From the NCBI GenBank assembly GCA_035652435.1, contig DASRDU010000099.1, forward strand, positions 130,453-194,452: DNA of 64,000 bases, given 5' to 3'. This document shows positions 18,301-29,464 of the stretch, piece after piece. The position numbers and the translations under genes are program-made. The number at the start of each line of letters is the position of its first letter. Within the stretch, counting starts at the first letter, position 1. The notes beneath the pieces are model-generated. The model did not search any database. It had not been told where the DNA came from and was given only the letters and a program-made list of their open reading frames with translations. The stretch comes from Blastocatellia bacterium (lineage in GTDB: Bacteria; Acidobacteriota; Blastocatellia; RBC074).

Positions 18301-21201
18301 CTGCAAGGCGAAGCCGCCTTCGCGCTGCTCAGCCTCAGCCCCCTGTTCAAGGGCGGGGAAGTCAGTCTGCCGGCGATGGCGTTCGCGCTCAGGCTGAAAA
18401 ACGGCGAGACGGCAAAACTCTTCCGCGCGGGCAAACTGTTTACGGGCGCGAGCATGGTGCCGGATCAAACCGCGCTCGGCTCGCCCGTCGCCACGCTCGA
18501 CGTGATCAGCGAAAAACTCTTCTTCACGGTCACGGACGATTACCTCGTGATAGCCGAGAGCGCCGAGACGCTCAAGCTGCTCGAAGCCAGAGAGAAGTTC
18601 GCCGCGACGCGCGATTTCATCCGCTCGGCCGAAACGCTGCCGGAAAATCTGGCACTTTTTACGACCTGCAATCTCAACGCCGCCTTCAGCGAAGCGCTCC
18701 GGCTTGTCGGCAGGGACGAGAACGCGGTCAGAATCATCAACGTCTTCGGCTCGATCACCCACGCCTTCCACAGTCAGCGCGCCTTCATCGCGATCAACTC
18801 CGGCGCCGACGGCAAACAGGTCGCGCTCGACGGCCGCCTCACCGTCTCCTTCGACCGCGAAGGCCGTTACGCCGTCGGCAAAGTCAGCCCGAAGGACGAT
18901 GAGTTTGACGTGGCCAACGCGCTGATCGCGCCCCGGGGACTCGGCATCCTGCAACCGACGCGCCTCGAATCAATGAAGCTGCGTGTGACCGCGCGGCAAC
19001 CCGACGTCATCGCCCGCGTCCGCGACGACATCGGCAAATTCCCATGGCAGAAAGCCGAGGCCGGGCAGGGCGCGGACAAGGCCGACTCGCTGGTCTACAC
19101 GACCGCCGCGCGCCGCATCCCGGACAGGCTGACCGTCAAACTCCCGGTCACCGCGCCTGAATTCCAGCCGTACCTGAAATCAACCGCGCGCATCAACACC
19201 ACCGCGCCGCAGATCGTCGGGCTGGCGCAGCAGATCGCCGGCGACGACAAGGACGGCCGCAGCGTCGCGCGCAAACTCGGCGAATGGACGCACGCCAACC
19301 TGAAGTGGAAGAGGGTCGAGAGCAGCACCGTCGAGACGCTCGCCTCACGCGAGGCCGACTGCCTCGAACACTCCGAACTCTATGTCGCCCTCGCCCGCTC
19401 GCTCGGCCTGCCCGCGCGCGTAGTCTCCGGCGCGGCTTACGGCGGCGGCTCGTTCGGCGCGCACGCGTGGGTTGAGATTTACCTCGGGAAGTGGGTCGAG
19501 GTTGATCCGACCTGGGGGCTGATGGATTACGTTGATGCCACGCACCTGCGTTTCGACGGCGACAGCTTTGCCGAGTATGCGATGCTCAATCAGGTCGAAC
19601 TCGAAGTGCTGGAGACGCGCTCGACGGTCGCTGATTTCCAGCGCGACCCGGCGCGTCTGGTCAAAGAATTTGCGCGGCCCGAAACGGAGCCGGTGCGCGC
19701 GCTGGCCTTCGATCTGGCGCTGACGGCGGAGCGGGCGCTCGGCGCCGAAAGCTTCGCGAAGCTCGATGACAGGCAGCGTGCGGCAGTAATTAACGCCTTC
19801 GACCGCGCCGCCTCCGAGTTGATTGAAGACTGGGCGGAGAACTGGGCTGACAACCCGAGCATTCTCTCAAGTGAAGTTAAAGATAATCACGCCACGCTGC
19901 TCGCGGTGTTCGGCAACGGCCTGCTGCGTTTCCACCTCGCCTCGCGCGACGGCGCCTGGTACATCACCGAAGTCGAAAACCTTGACGAGGCTTCGGAGAT
20001 TCTGGCCGAACCGTTGCGCGTCGTGACCAGCCCCGCTGCGAATATTGCCGGCATCAGGCGAATCCAGTTCGCCCAGTCCGACCGCGCGCTCAAACAACTC
20101 GATCAGTTGATCGCAGCCCGGGGCGAAAGCGCGCCGCTCCTGCTCGTCAAAGCTCAGACGCTGGCGATGAAGCGACTGAGGGAGGGGACCGAAACCCCTT
20201 CGGCACCGAATGAACCCGGTAACGGCAAGGCCGAAGAGGTAAAGACGGTGAAGTCGGAGAAGAAGACTGAACAACCTGATGCCACCGCCGAACTGCTCGA
20301 GCAGATCACAGCGCGCTGGCCGGATTACGCGCCCGCGCAATACGCGCTCGCGGAGCATTACAAGGGCGAAGAGGGCCGGAACGAAAAGTCCATCGCCGCA
20401 TACCAGCGCTACGCGAAGCTCGTGCCGCTCGACCCGCGGCCCTGGCAGAAACTGGGAGACATCTTTGAAGAGTTGAAGCAGTTCAGTGAGGCCGAGGCCG
20501 CGTACCGCGAAGCGATCTCCCGCGACCGCGGCAATTATCAAAGGCACATCACGCTGGCGGGGTTTTACTTCAACCAGTCGCAGGACGACAAAGTCAGACC
20601 CGCGCTCCTGGAAGCGTTCAAAGTCAGCCCGAACGCCGATGAAGTCTTTGACGCCCTCGACAACGAGGCGATCCTGTTCGATGAAAACGACGACCCGATC
20701 AAAGAGCGATGCCACGGCCTTGAGCTGCTGCTGACCGGCTTCCCGAAGCAGCTGGCGGCCAGCAGGGAAGGGCTGCGCCTGCTCTCCAGGACGCAGGAGT
20801 GGCAGGAGAATTACGACGCCGCGATCAAATCCGAGCAGCGCGCCCTCGCGCTCGGCCCGGAAGCTTACGACCACGTCAGGATCGCCATCCTCCACCGCAA
20901 GGCGCGTCGCTTCGTTCAGTCGCTCGCGGCGGCAGATCAGGCGGCAAAGCTCAACCCCGAATACGCCGGGGCGCATTTCGAGCGCGCCTGTAACCTCGCC
21001 CGCCTCAACCGGCGGAAGGAAGCCGTGAAGGCACTGGAAAAAGCCGTCCAGCTCGACAGCGACTATCAGGAGCTGCTCGAAAGTGAGGAAGACCTGAATT
21101 CACTCACCGGCCTGCCCGAATTCAAGGCGCTGCTGCCCAAACCGGAAGAAGGAGAAAAGAAGGAGGAGAAGCCCGCGCCGCCGAAGAAGGAGAAGATGTG
21201 A
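15367..21201 (+). CDS. Giant secreted multidomain protein (1944 aa): HEAT/PBS-type repeats + transglutaminase-like cysteine protease core + C-terminal TPR repeats, with K/E-rich linkers
   Basis: GAGGA is followed by ATG at 15367 and the signal peptide MPMRLNRHLTASLFLIFLLCFSLAPFGFA. HEAT-like DHDPQVRAAAVRAFSRLKDP lies near 16190. The transglutaminase triad context EADCLEHSELYVALA...HAWVEIY...WVEVDPTWG lies near 19350-19520. TPR-like repeats span about 20290-21080. KKEEEKKDPEKKKKEK (about 18215) and KKEEKPAPPKKEKM (C-terminus) are low complexity. Confidence 0.75.
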   Translation: MPMRLNRHLTASLFLIFLLCFSLAPFGFAQSGEGADHGARASQWDGYPLPPGQSVRYVDKAKGWWLWRPAAWGETKNGDKTVVFTDRDRKASLTVMTEDVPEGYGIANYATSFVQQLRYQQVNLDTVAVRRVWPGGVEGREITLELERSPGDVVRETVWMAEAGPQVYLFIFVAPVEEHEKQEPLFKRMMLSVRVGAAGHWDETFEKQREHFAGLGKQDSGAGKTENAVGPEVEAALIASSIRTGQGPSASLAQRLSALLDRAPDAVLDLMTDHDPQVRAAAVRAFSRLKDPFMPNILVWAMMDNDAYCSSIAAQALAGEVTDSGYLTMIFVKNALPMLSETAGAILNLAASLSDDRARVMADELLNSDNSRARVAGLHLAITLPLRGLQLPVAKLLQSKDQQFLPLLAEAVRLRQGGSTVPELLKLLKAETEYGAARLLGEVAPAEVAAQLEQRIKEIDARLEKIAPALKPGVTSTFTPTGVPKKGAGKGKDITVRAAPPPMPAKPRPEDLEAFRIAEARGALVTAVDKIRFRDRYARAKDGSERIAIYNEARNDSFLADWAEISLRSSSTAKAEPAGIAIDTAKLGDAPTTGETLFPADSTLYLMAPNFEQTLARLDAALSGVQMETVRDQMTFALLFKTMKAGLAGSINAGNAGSVSAALGLDLKSPLAVARWNSGSGGGGMTAHSAVLARVTDRARFERMLGLYEQQVGGFDSFATVSSAVTRFAGIIPAAVPLAMAAAFSDAGLQTRGRIKRHLASAMYFRREQIGSLPATVIEKLMTTTQHVTERERICVAYLDTTAVITPSRAALIDLLNNSNSRPAVAQSASFTQARAEAGEVIFFSRPDRLYRDSIASGTAVEDLVVEALTKALGPETGALRLTPTTWETVFHLNLQNSDWLKSFRPFAAKELAAPRDLLPDTTLVYAGTVFDPANLIKALKSLESLPSPKKEEEKKDPEKKKKEKQFDDEVAQVLVPNLQGEAAFALLSLSPLFKGGEVSLPAMAFALRLKNGETAKLFRAGKLFTGASMVPDQTALGSPVATLDVISEKLFFTVTDDYLVIAESAETLKLLEAREKFAATRDFIRSAETLPENLALFTTCNLNAAFSEALRLVGRDENAVRIINVFGSITHAFHSQRAFIAINSGADGKQVALDGRLTVSFDREGRYAVGKVSPKDDEFDVANALIAPRGLGILQPTRLESMKLRVTARQPDVIARVRDDIGKFPWQKAEAGQGADKADSLVYTTAARRIPDRLTVKLPVTAPEFQPYLKSTARINTTAPQIVGLAQQIAGDDKDGRSVARKLGEWTHANLKWKRVESSTVETLASREADCLEHSELYVALARSLGLPARVVSGAAYGGGSFGAHAWVEIYLGKWVEVDPTWGLMDYVDATHLRFDGDSFAEYAMLNQVELEVLETRSTVADFQRDPARLVKEFARPETEPVRALAFDLALTAERALGAESFAKLDDRQRAAVINAFDRAASELIEDWAENWADNPSILSSEVKDNHATLLAVFGNGLLRFHLASRDGAWYITEVENLDEASEILAEPLRVVTSPAANIAGIRRIQFAQSDRALKQLDQLIAARGESAPLLLVKAQTLAMKRLREGTETPSAPNEPGNGKAEEVKTVKSEKKTEQPDATAELLEQITARWPDYAPAQYALAEHYKGEEGRNEKSIAAYQRYAKLVPLDPRPWQKLGDIFEELKQFSEAEAAYREAISRDRGNYQRHITLAGFYFNQSQDDKVRPALLEAFKVSPNADEVFDALDNEAILFDENDDPIKERCHGLELLLTGFPKQLAASREGLRLLSRTQEWQENYDAAIKSEQRALALGPEAYDHVRIAILHRKARRFVQSLAAADQAAKLNPEYAGAHFERACNLARLNRRKEAVKALEKAVQLDSDYQELLESEEDLNSLTGLPEFKALLPKPEEGEKKEEKPAPPKKEKM

Positions 21202-21247
21202 TAGGATTTCTGCTGACGGGGACGAAAGAGTCTGACGAAATCGCGTT

Positions 21248-21562
21248 ATGCCGGAATGGGAAGATGGACAAGACGGGGCAGTCGAAACTGAGAGCAAACA
21301 AAAGCTCAAGAAGCCGCCCCTGTACAAAGTCCTGTTGCACAACGACGACTACACGACGATGGATTTCGTCGTCTTCATCCTGAAGACCGTCTTTCACAAA
21401 TCGGACACCGACGCCTTCAGGATCATGCTCGCCGTCCACCAGCAGGGACTGGGCGTCGCGGGCGTATTCACTTACGAGATCGCCGAGGCGAAGATCGAAC
21501 GGGTGACACAACTGGCGCGCGCGAGTGAATACCCGCTGCTCTGCACGATGGAAGAAGAATAG
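21248..21562 (+). CDS. clpS: ATP-dependent Clp protease adaptor ClpS
   Basis: PPLYKVLLHNDDYTTMDFVVFIL...AVHQQGLGVAGVFTYEIAEAK is the ClpS core. It sits immediately upstream of clpA. Confidence 0.85.
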   Translation: MPEWEDGQDGAVETESKQKLKKPPLYKVLLHNDDYTTMDFVVFILKTVFHKSDTDAFRIMLAVHQQGLGVAGVFTYEIAEAKIERVTQLARASEYPLLCTMEEE

Positions 21563-21613
21563 CGACAGTCGCATTATCAGAAATCGCCGGATTTCAAGGC
21601 TGAAGTACCAGAA

Positions 21614-23926
<2,313 letters not shown>

Positions 23927-24054
23927 TCTGTTTCCGCTCAGCGTACGCAGCTACTTCGGCAGCGCGCTTTAAAGTCCGGCAATTCTGTTAACAGCATCCT
24001 TTCGTCGCCGCCGTCTTCGCGACTTGCGGCGACGACTTGCATTTGAGGAGCCGC

Positions 24055-25020
24055 ATGAAAGCCATCGTCGTTGAAAATTACGGAGGGCCTGAAGTCCTGG
24101 TTTACCGCGATGTGGAGCGACCCGTCCCGAAATCCGGGGAAGCGCTGGTCAGGCTGGAAGCGATTGGCCTCAACTACATTGACGTCTACCACCGCACGGG
24201 CCTTTACCCACTGTCCCGGCCCTTCACTCCGGGGACAGAAGGCGCGGGCGTAGTGGAAGCCGTCGGGCCTGACGTCTCCGATGTCGCAGTCGGTGACCTC
24301 GTAGCTTACGCGATGGCCCCGGGCGCATACGCCGAATACGCGGCGGTTCCGGCGGCGCGGCTCGTTAAGGTTCCTGACGGGATTGATTCGCGCACGGCAG
24401 CGGCGGCGATGCTGCAGGGGATGACTGCTCATTACCTGGTCACATCCGTTTATCCACTGAAGGGCGACGCGGCGCTCATTCACGCCGCAGCCGGCGGCGT
24501 CGGGCTGCTCCTGATTCAGATGGCGAAGCGCCTTGGGACGCGCGTCATCGGCACTGTTTCGACCGAAGCCAAAGCGCAACTCGCGCGCGAAGCCGGGGCC
24601 GACGAAGTGATTCTTTACACGCAGCAGGATTTCGAGCAGGAAACGCGCCGGCTGACCGGCGGGCGCGGCGTGCAGGTGGCCTACGATTCGGTCGGGCGCG
24701 ACACTTTCCTGAAGAGCCTGAACACGCTCGCGCCGCGCGGCATGCTGGCCCTCTACGGGCAATCGAGCGGCCCGGTCGAGCCGTTCGACCCCGCGCTGCT
24801 GTCGCAGAAAGGCTCGCTCTTCCTCACCCGCCCGAGTCTGGCGCATTACACGGCCACGCGCGAGGAACTGCTGTGGCGCGCGGGCGACGTGCTTGGCCAG
24901 ATCGCCGCGGGCGAGCTGAAGCTCAGGATCGAGCGCACCTTCCCGCTGGCCGAAGCCGCTGAAGCCCACCGCCAGCTTGAAGGGCGAAAGACGACCGGCA
25001 AGGTGTTGCTGATTCCCTGA
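24055..25020 (+). CDS. qor: NADPH:quinone oxidoreductase (MDR superfamily, zeta-crystallin-like)
   Basis: MKAIVVENYGGPEVLVY...GLNYIDVY...AAGGVGL (GxGxxG). GAGGAG precedes the ATG at 24055. The listed ORF start at 24037 is 6 codons upstream. Confidence 0.8.
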   Translation: MKAIVVENYGGPEVLVYRDVERPVPKSGEALVRLEAIGLNYIDVYHRTGLYPLSRPFTPGTEGAGVVEAVGPDVSDVAVGDLVAYAMAPGAYAEYAAVPAARLVKVPDGIDSRTAAAAMLQGMTAHYLVTSVYPLKGDAALIHAAAGGVGLLLIQMAKRLGTRVIGTVSTEAKAQLAREAGADEVILYTQQDFEQETRRLTGGRGVQVAYDSVGRDTFLKSLNTLAPRGMLALYGQSSGPVEPFDPALLSQKGSLFLTRPSLAHYTATREELLWRAGDVLGQIAAGELKLRIERTFPLAEAAEAHRQLEGRKTTGKVLLIP

Positions 25021-25066
25021 TTCCTGATTCAAATCGCGGCAGGAAAATTGATTTGCTGAAGAGACA

Positions 25067-25333
25067 ATGACGAAAAAATCTTCTGGAACAATGGAGAAAT
25101 CCCGGGAGTCAAAACCAAAACTTCGGTGCCCGGATTGCGGCAACAGTGATTACTTCATCGAGATTATGGATTTCGAGTCTCATTTGGTGACTGGTCATTT
25201 GAACTATGTGCGGCTACTTGATGCGGTAACAGATTACTATCTCTGCCATGAGTGTGGCAGACGTATTGAGCCACGATGGTTGAGGCAGCAAAAGAACTTT
25301 CGACGGGACTGGGGATTTGAGGCACGAAAGTAA
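25067..25333 (+). CDS. Small zinc-ribbon protein (CPDC...CHEC), hypothetical; first gene of a low-GC island
   Basis: 88 aa, two CxxC pairs about 40 residues apart, in markedly AT-richer DNA than the flanks. No recognisable HTH. Confidence 0.45.
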   Translation: MTKKSSGTMEKSRESKPKLRCPDCGNSDYFIEIMDFESHLVTGHLNYVRLLDAVTDYYLCHECGRRIEPRWLRQQKNFRRDWGFEARK

Positions 25334-25359
25334 TCACAGGTCAGGAAAGCGGCGAGACA

Positions 25360-26361
25360 ATGGATCTATTCGATCAGGTGTTTGGTGTTTTGGAGGAGGA
25401 GGTAGAGTTTGAGCTGCGTGAAAGTGTCTTCATTCCATGGGCCGATCATTGGCTGAACCCACGCCAACTGCGCGGCAGTGATTTTCTGATGCGATGGTCA
25501 CAGGGAGCTTGGAGCGAGCTTCGTTTGAAAGAGGCTGTCAATCGCACCGGCAGGTTTTATGCACTTCCTTACGGGCCAAGTGGTGCCGCGCCTGACAATG
25601 ATCCGCGTAAGGCCGAGCTTTACTTTCTGCGACTGGAGCAGGCAGGAATTGGGAAAGTGAAACGACCTGATTTGCTGCTCTTTCGAGAGAGTGACAGGAA
25701 AACGGTTGAAGAGATTGTTCTGAAAATTGCAGCCGAGGCAGAGGGCTTCTCTGCTGGAGATGACATCGAGAAAGCCATTACGGAATTACCCTTCACGCCG
25801 GAAGATCACCCATTGATTCAATCGCTGCTTTCGAAGGCATCCTTGGCAATTGAATGTGAAAACAGTTTGTGGGTGGCGAAAAGGATGCCACTCTATGGTC
25901 AGCCGATGAAGCCGATGAAGCGACTCGGCGGCAAACCGGGACTGAAGAAGAATTCGGTTCTGCCGACTGTGATCCTCAAGAATGAAGACCGTGATCCGCT
26001 GAAAGCCTGGCAAAGACAGCGCAATATTCCGATTCATATCTGGCATGTCTTCTACGATCTGGCTTTCGGCATCGCTTTGGACGAAGCAGAGAGACTGATT
26101 GCGGAAGGACTCATTGAACCGATAGAACAGACTTTCCAGGCTCCCGGCGGGCAGGTAACGAAGAAAGCCATTTACAAGATCTACTATCATTACGCTTATG
26201 AACTTGGCGAGGCGCACGAACAACCATCTCTGATTGCTGCCAGCATTATTGATAAAAACGGTCACGTTCTGCCTTACGTGAAGTTTGAAGGTGGCAGTCT
26301 GGCTTTGAGCGAGCAGGCATTGGCGGTTCTGGAAGAGGCCGCGAGCAAACACAACCTATGA
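25360..26361 (+). CDS. Hypothetical protein, candidate restriction endonuclease or effector of an R-M-like cassette (333 aa)
   Basis: Low-GC. The stop overlaps the start of the downstream N6-adenine MTase by 4 nt (ATGA). A possible PD...(D/E)xK-like segment is KRPDLLLFRESDRK. No family was recognised from memory. Confidence 0.4.
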   Translation: MDLFDQVFGVLEEEVEFELRESVFIPWADHWLNPRQLRGSDFLMRWSQGAWSELRLKEAVNRTGRFYALPYGPSGAAPDNDPRKAELYFLRLEQAGIGKVKRPDLLLFRESDRKTVEEIVLKIAAEAEGFSAGDDIEKAITELPFTPEDHPLIQSLLSKASLAIECENSLWVAKRMPLYGQPMKPMKRLGGKPGLKKNSVLPTVILKNEDRDPLKAWQRQRNIPIHIWHVFYDLAFGIALDEAERLIAEGLIEPIEQTFQAPGGQVTKKAIYKIYYHYAYELGEAHEQPSLIAASIIDKNGHVLPYVKFEGGSLALSEQALAVLEEAASKHNL

Positions 26362-27896
26362 TTCCCCGACTCACACAACAAAAACTCCCTTCGTCCGGCC
26401 CCGCACGCGAAGCTTTGCGCGAGAAAGGTCAGTTCTGGACACCGGCATGGGTAGCTGAAGCGATGGTCGCCTGGTGTGTGGCTGGTGGCAGCGACACCCT
26501 TTTTGACCCGGCCGTCGGTGGGGGCGCATTCTTCCACGCGGCTAAAGCGGTCGGACAGGAACGGGGACGGATGCTGCGGCTGCTGGGAACGGAGATTGAT
26601 CCAGAGGCTTTGCAGCAGGCGTTATCGAGTGGGCTTTCATCTTGTGATCTGACAGGCGTTGAAATCAGAGACTTCGTCTTGCAGCCCCCATCAGCCCGCT
26701 ATCAGGCTGTGGTCGCAAATCCACCATATATTCGCCATCATCGGTTACTGCAATCGACCAAAGAAAAGCTCAAACGATTCGGTGCAGAGTTAATTGGTGA
26801 AAGCTTGGACGGTCGCGCCGGGCTGCACATTTACTTTCTACTACGCGCGGTGCAGTTGCTCGCGCCAGATGGTCGGCTGGCTTTCATTATGCCAGCCGAT
26901 ACCTGCGAAGGAATTTTCGCTCGAACTCTCTGGCGGTGGATTACAACACATTACTGTCTTGAAGCTGTGATCACATTCGCGCCGGACGCCTCGCCGTTCC
27001 CCAGCGTAGACACCAATCCGGTCATCTTCCTGATCCGCAATGCCGCTCCGAAAGCGCGATTTCACTGGGCGCGCTGCACACAGGCGGAGACAGGCGACCT
27101 CAAAACGTGGCTGGACTCAGACTTCAGAGAGGCCCCGCTGGATCATCTGGAAATCTACGAACGAGAAACAGCGGAGGGCATTTCATCAGGATTGTCACGA
27201 CCGCCTGCTGAGACGGGGAACGTCAACATGACTCTGTCGGACTTTGCCCGGGTTATGCGTGGCATTGCGACCGGTGCGAACGAGTTTTTCTTTCTGACCA
27301 GGAAGCAGGCTGAAGAGTTGAATATTCCTGAAACAATGCTCCTTCCTGCCGTTGGGCGCACGCGTGATGTGCCGGGCGAAGTCGTCACGCAGGAGACTCT
27401 TCAGCAACTGGAAGAATCCGGCAGGCCGACATGGCTTTTCGCTCCGGATGGCCGTGACCTGAATTTATTTCCTGACTCAGTGCGTGAATACCTGCTGAAA
27501 GGGCTGGAAGCGGGATTGAATCAGAGGCCGCTCATCGCGCAGCGACGCCCCTGGTACAGGATGGAGGCGCGCCGCGCCCCTGAATTTCTTTTCGCATATC
27601 TCGGTCGTCGCAACGCAAGGTTTATTCGCAACGTTGCCAGCGTTATGCCGCTGACCGGATTCCTGTGTGTTTATCCCCGCAGCAATGATCCTGCCTTTGT
27701 CGAGAAATTGTGGCAGGTGCTTCGACATCCGGACACGGTGAAAAACCTCGCCGCGGTGGGCAAGTCCTATGGCTCAGGCGCAATCAAGGTCGAACCTCGT
27801 GCGCTCGAACGCCTGCCAATTCCCGATCACATCATCGGGGGGGCGGACTTAAAGCCGGTACTACAGCAACCAACCTTACCGGGTGCGTTGTGGTGA
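26358..27896 (+). CDS. N6-adenine DNA methyltransferase, gamma-class (motif X-I-IV order, C-terminal TRD)
   Basis: Motif X-like QFWTPAWVAEAMV. Motif I DPAVGGGAFF. Motif IV VVANPPYIRHH. 512 aa with a long C-terminal region consistent with a target-recognition domain. Resembles Eco57I/TaqI-type N6 DNA methylases. Confidence 0.85.
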   Translation: MIPRLTQQKLPSSGPAREALREKGQFWTPAWVAEAMVAWCVAGGSDTLFDPAVGGGAFFHAAKAVGQERGRMLRLLGTEIDPEALQQALSSGLSSCDLTGVEIRDFVLQPPSARYQAVVANPPYIRHHRLLQSTKEKLKRFGAELIGESLDGRAGLHIYFLLRAVQLLAPDGRLAFIMPADTCEGIFARTLWRWITTHYCLEAVITFAPDASPFPSVDTNPVIFLIRNAAPKARFHWARCTQAETGDLKTWLDSDFREAPLDHLEIYERETAEGISSGLSRPPAETGNVNMTLSDFARVMRGIATGANEFFFLTRKQAEELNIPETMLLPAVGRTRDVPGEVVTQETLQQLEESGRPTWLFAPDGRDLNLFPDSVREYLLKGLEAGLNQRPLIAQRRPWYRMEARRAPEFLFAYLGRRNARFIRNVASVMPLTGFLCVYPRSNDPAFVEKLWQVLRHPDTVKNLAAVGKSYGSGAIKVEPRALERLPIPDHIIGGADLKPVLQQPTLPGALW

Positions 27897-29360
27897 GACA
27901 GCGACCTCAAAGTTGCACTCAACCTTGTCATCCCCGGCTGTCACTTTCAGATTCGAAAGCGTGTAACGGCTCACTTCGCTGCTCACCACCTTCATTCCGT
28001 TTCCATTGCTCACCTCGATTATTCGCGGCAGCTGGACTTCGCGGCTGAGAATTTCTGGCAGGGCGAGTTTGTCGAACCACCGGTCAGCCTGCACGGAGAT
28101 GGTCTGCGGAAGGCTCAGGCGCCGGCCCATCACTTCGATGCCGAGGCTGACTCTGACGGGCACGCGGGAGCCGGGGACGGCGCGCAGGATGACACCGTTA
28201 TTTTCGCCTGCGACCTCAAGCGGGATAGTCTCGTTGCTGATGGAAAATGTCCCGCGCGGCGAAAGCGAATAAGGGACGCCATATTCGCGGCCTCGCAGCC
28301 TGGCGGTCAGGTCGCCTTCGGCGGTGAGGCGCAGATTCAAACGATTGTCGTTGATTGATTCAATCAAAAGGCTCTGCACGTCAGCGCGACCGTCGCCGGA
28401 TTCAACGTCGGCGTAGTTATGGATGCGCACGAGCGCGTCTTTTTCTTCGTTGCGGATGCGCGCCGGTTTGAGGCGAAAGTCGAGATCGGTCGTGCGCGCG
28501 GCGGCCACCCCGGCAAGCAGCGTGTTGAGGGCGCGGCGGCTCAGGCGAATGCGCAGGTCGCTTTCGGCGGTGAGGTGCCGGCTCAGGTTTTCAATCTCGC
28601 TTTCGAGCGCGGCGGCCTCATCGGGCGTGTCCAGTGAGGCGCTGCTCTGATCATTTGCCGTGCCGGTCTGCGTTTGCAGGTTCAGTGCGGCTACTGCTCT
28701 GCCTTTGAGCATCATCAGTGCGGCGAGCGTCAGGTTCACCTTCACCTGGTAAGCCGGCGTGGTGATCTCCATCGGCATCGTGCCTTCGACGTCGAAGCGC
28801 GCGGCGGGGATTTCGAGCGACTCGGACAGGTTGAGCGGGATTTCGAGCGGCGGCAGCACGGCGTCCCAGCGCTCGGGCGAGAGCCACTGGCGAAAGATCG
28901 CGGCCAGTAGCGAAGAGGGCAATGAATCACTTTTCACTTCGGTCAGCCGGAACGGGATGCGCAGTTTTGACTGGGTGACTTCGCCATTGCCGAGCGTGCC
29001 TTTCAGCGTCAGGCTGACAGGCGCCGGCAGCGGCACGGGCGGCGACACCTTGACGCCGATCTCGACCGGCGCGGCTGCCGTGTTGAGCTGAATGGCAATC
29101 GAGCCAAGGTGCAGCACCGTGCCGTTCGCCAGCCTGATTTCGAGCCCGGCCATCTGATTTGCAATCGTGGCGAGTGCGCTTTCGCGGATTACGGCGACTG
29201 CGTCGGCGTTGCGCAGCCCTTCCTGAGCGATCAACTGGTCGCGCAGCTGGCGCAGCGATTGAGTCGAAGCCGTCTGCGCGTGAGCGGCGGGCGCGACCAG
29301 GCACAGCAGAACCAGCGCCGCGAACCGTTGCACCGCCGGGTTGAATGAAGCCCTCATCAC
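27876..29360 (-). CDS. Hypothetical secreted protein (signal peptide; about 490 aa)
   Basis: MMRASFNPAVQRFAALVLLCLVAPAAHAQ is a signal peptide. No recognisable catalytic motifs. Divergently arranged from the LytS-like kinase gene. Confidence 0.55.
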   Translation of the reverse strand: MMRASFNPAVQRFAALVLLCLVAPAAHAQTASTQSLRQLRDQLIAQEGLRNADAVAVIRESALATIANQMAGLEIRLANGTVLHLGSIAIQLNTAAAPVEIGVKVSPPVPLPAPVSLTLKGTLGNGEVTQSKLRIPFRLTEVKSDSLPSSLLAAIFRQWLSPERWDAVLPPLEIPLNLSESLEIPAARFDVEGTMPMEITTPAYQVKVNLTLAALMMLKGRAVAALNLQTQTGTANDQSSASLDTPDEAAALESEIENLSRHLTAESDLRIRLSRRALNTLLAGVAAARTTDLDFRLKPARIRNEEKDALVRIHNYADVESGDGRADVQSLLIESINDNRLNLRLTAEGDLTARLRGREYGVPYSLSPRGTFSISNETIPLEVAGENNGVILRAVPGSRVPVRVSLGIEVMGRRLSLPQTISVQADRWFDKLALPEILSREVQLPRIIEVSNGNGMKVVSSEVSRYTLSNLKVTAGDDKVECNFEVAVSPQRTR

Positions 29361-29464
29361 GGGTCAGATTATAAACCCGGACATCGGACAGGATTTACAG
29401 GATTGACGGGATTGGTATTCAATAAGCCGGAACCTTTCACCTGTCGGTTCCAACCAGGGGCGTT

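Noticed and set aside
23927-24054. Palindrome GTCGCCGC-N14-GCGGCGAC after clpA as a terminator
   Set aside because: The stem is GC-rich but there is no downstream T-tract. It could be a weak or Rho-dependent terminator or an operator. There is not enough evidence to call it.
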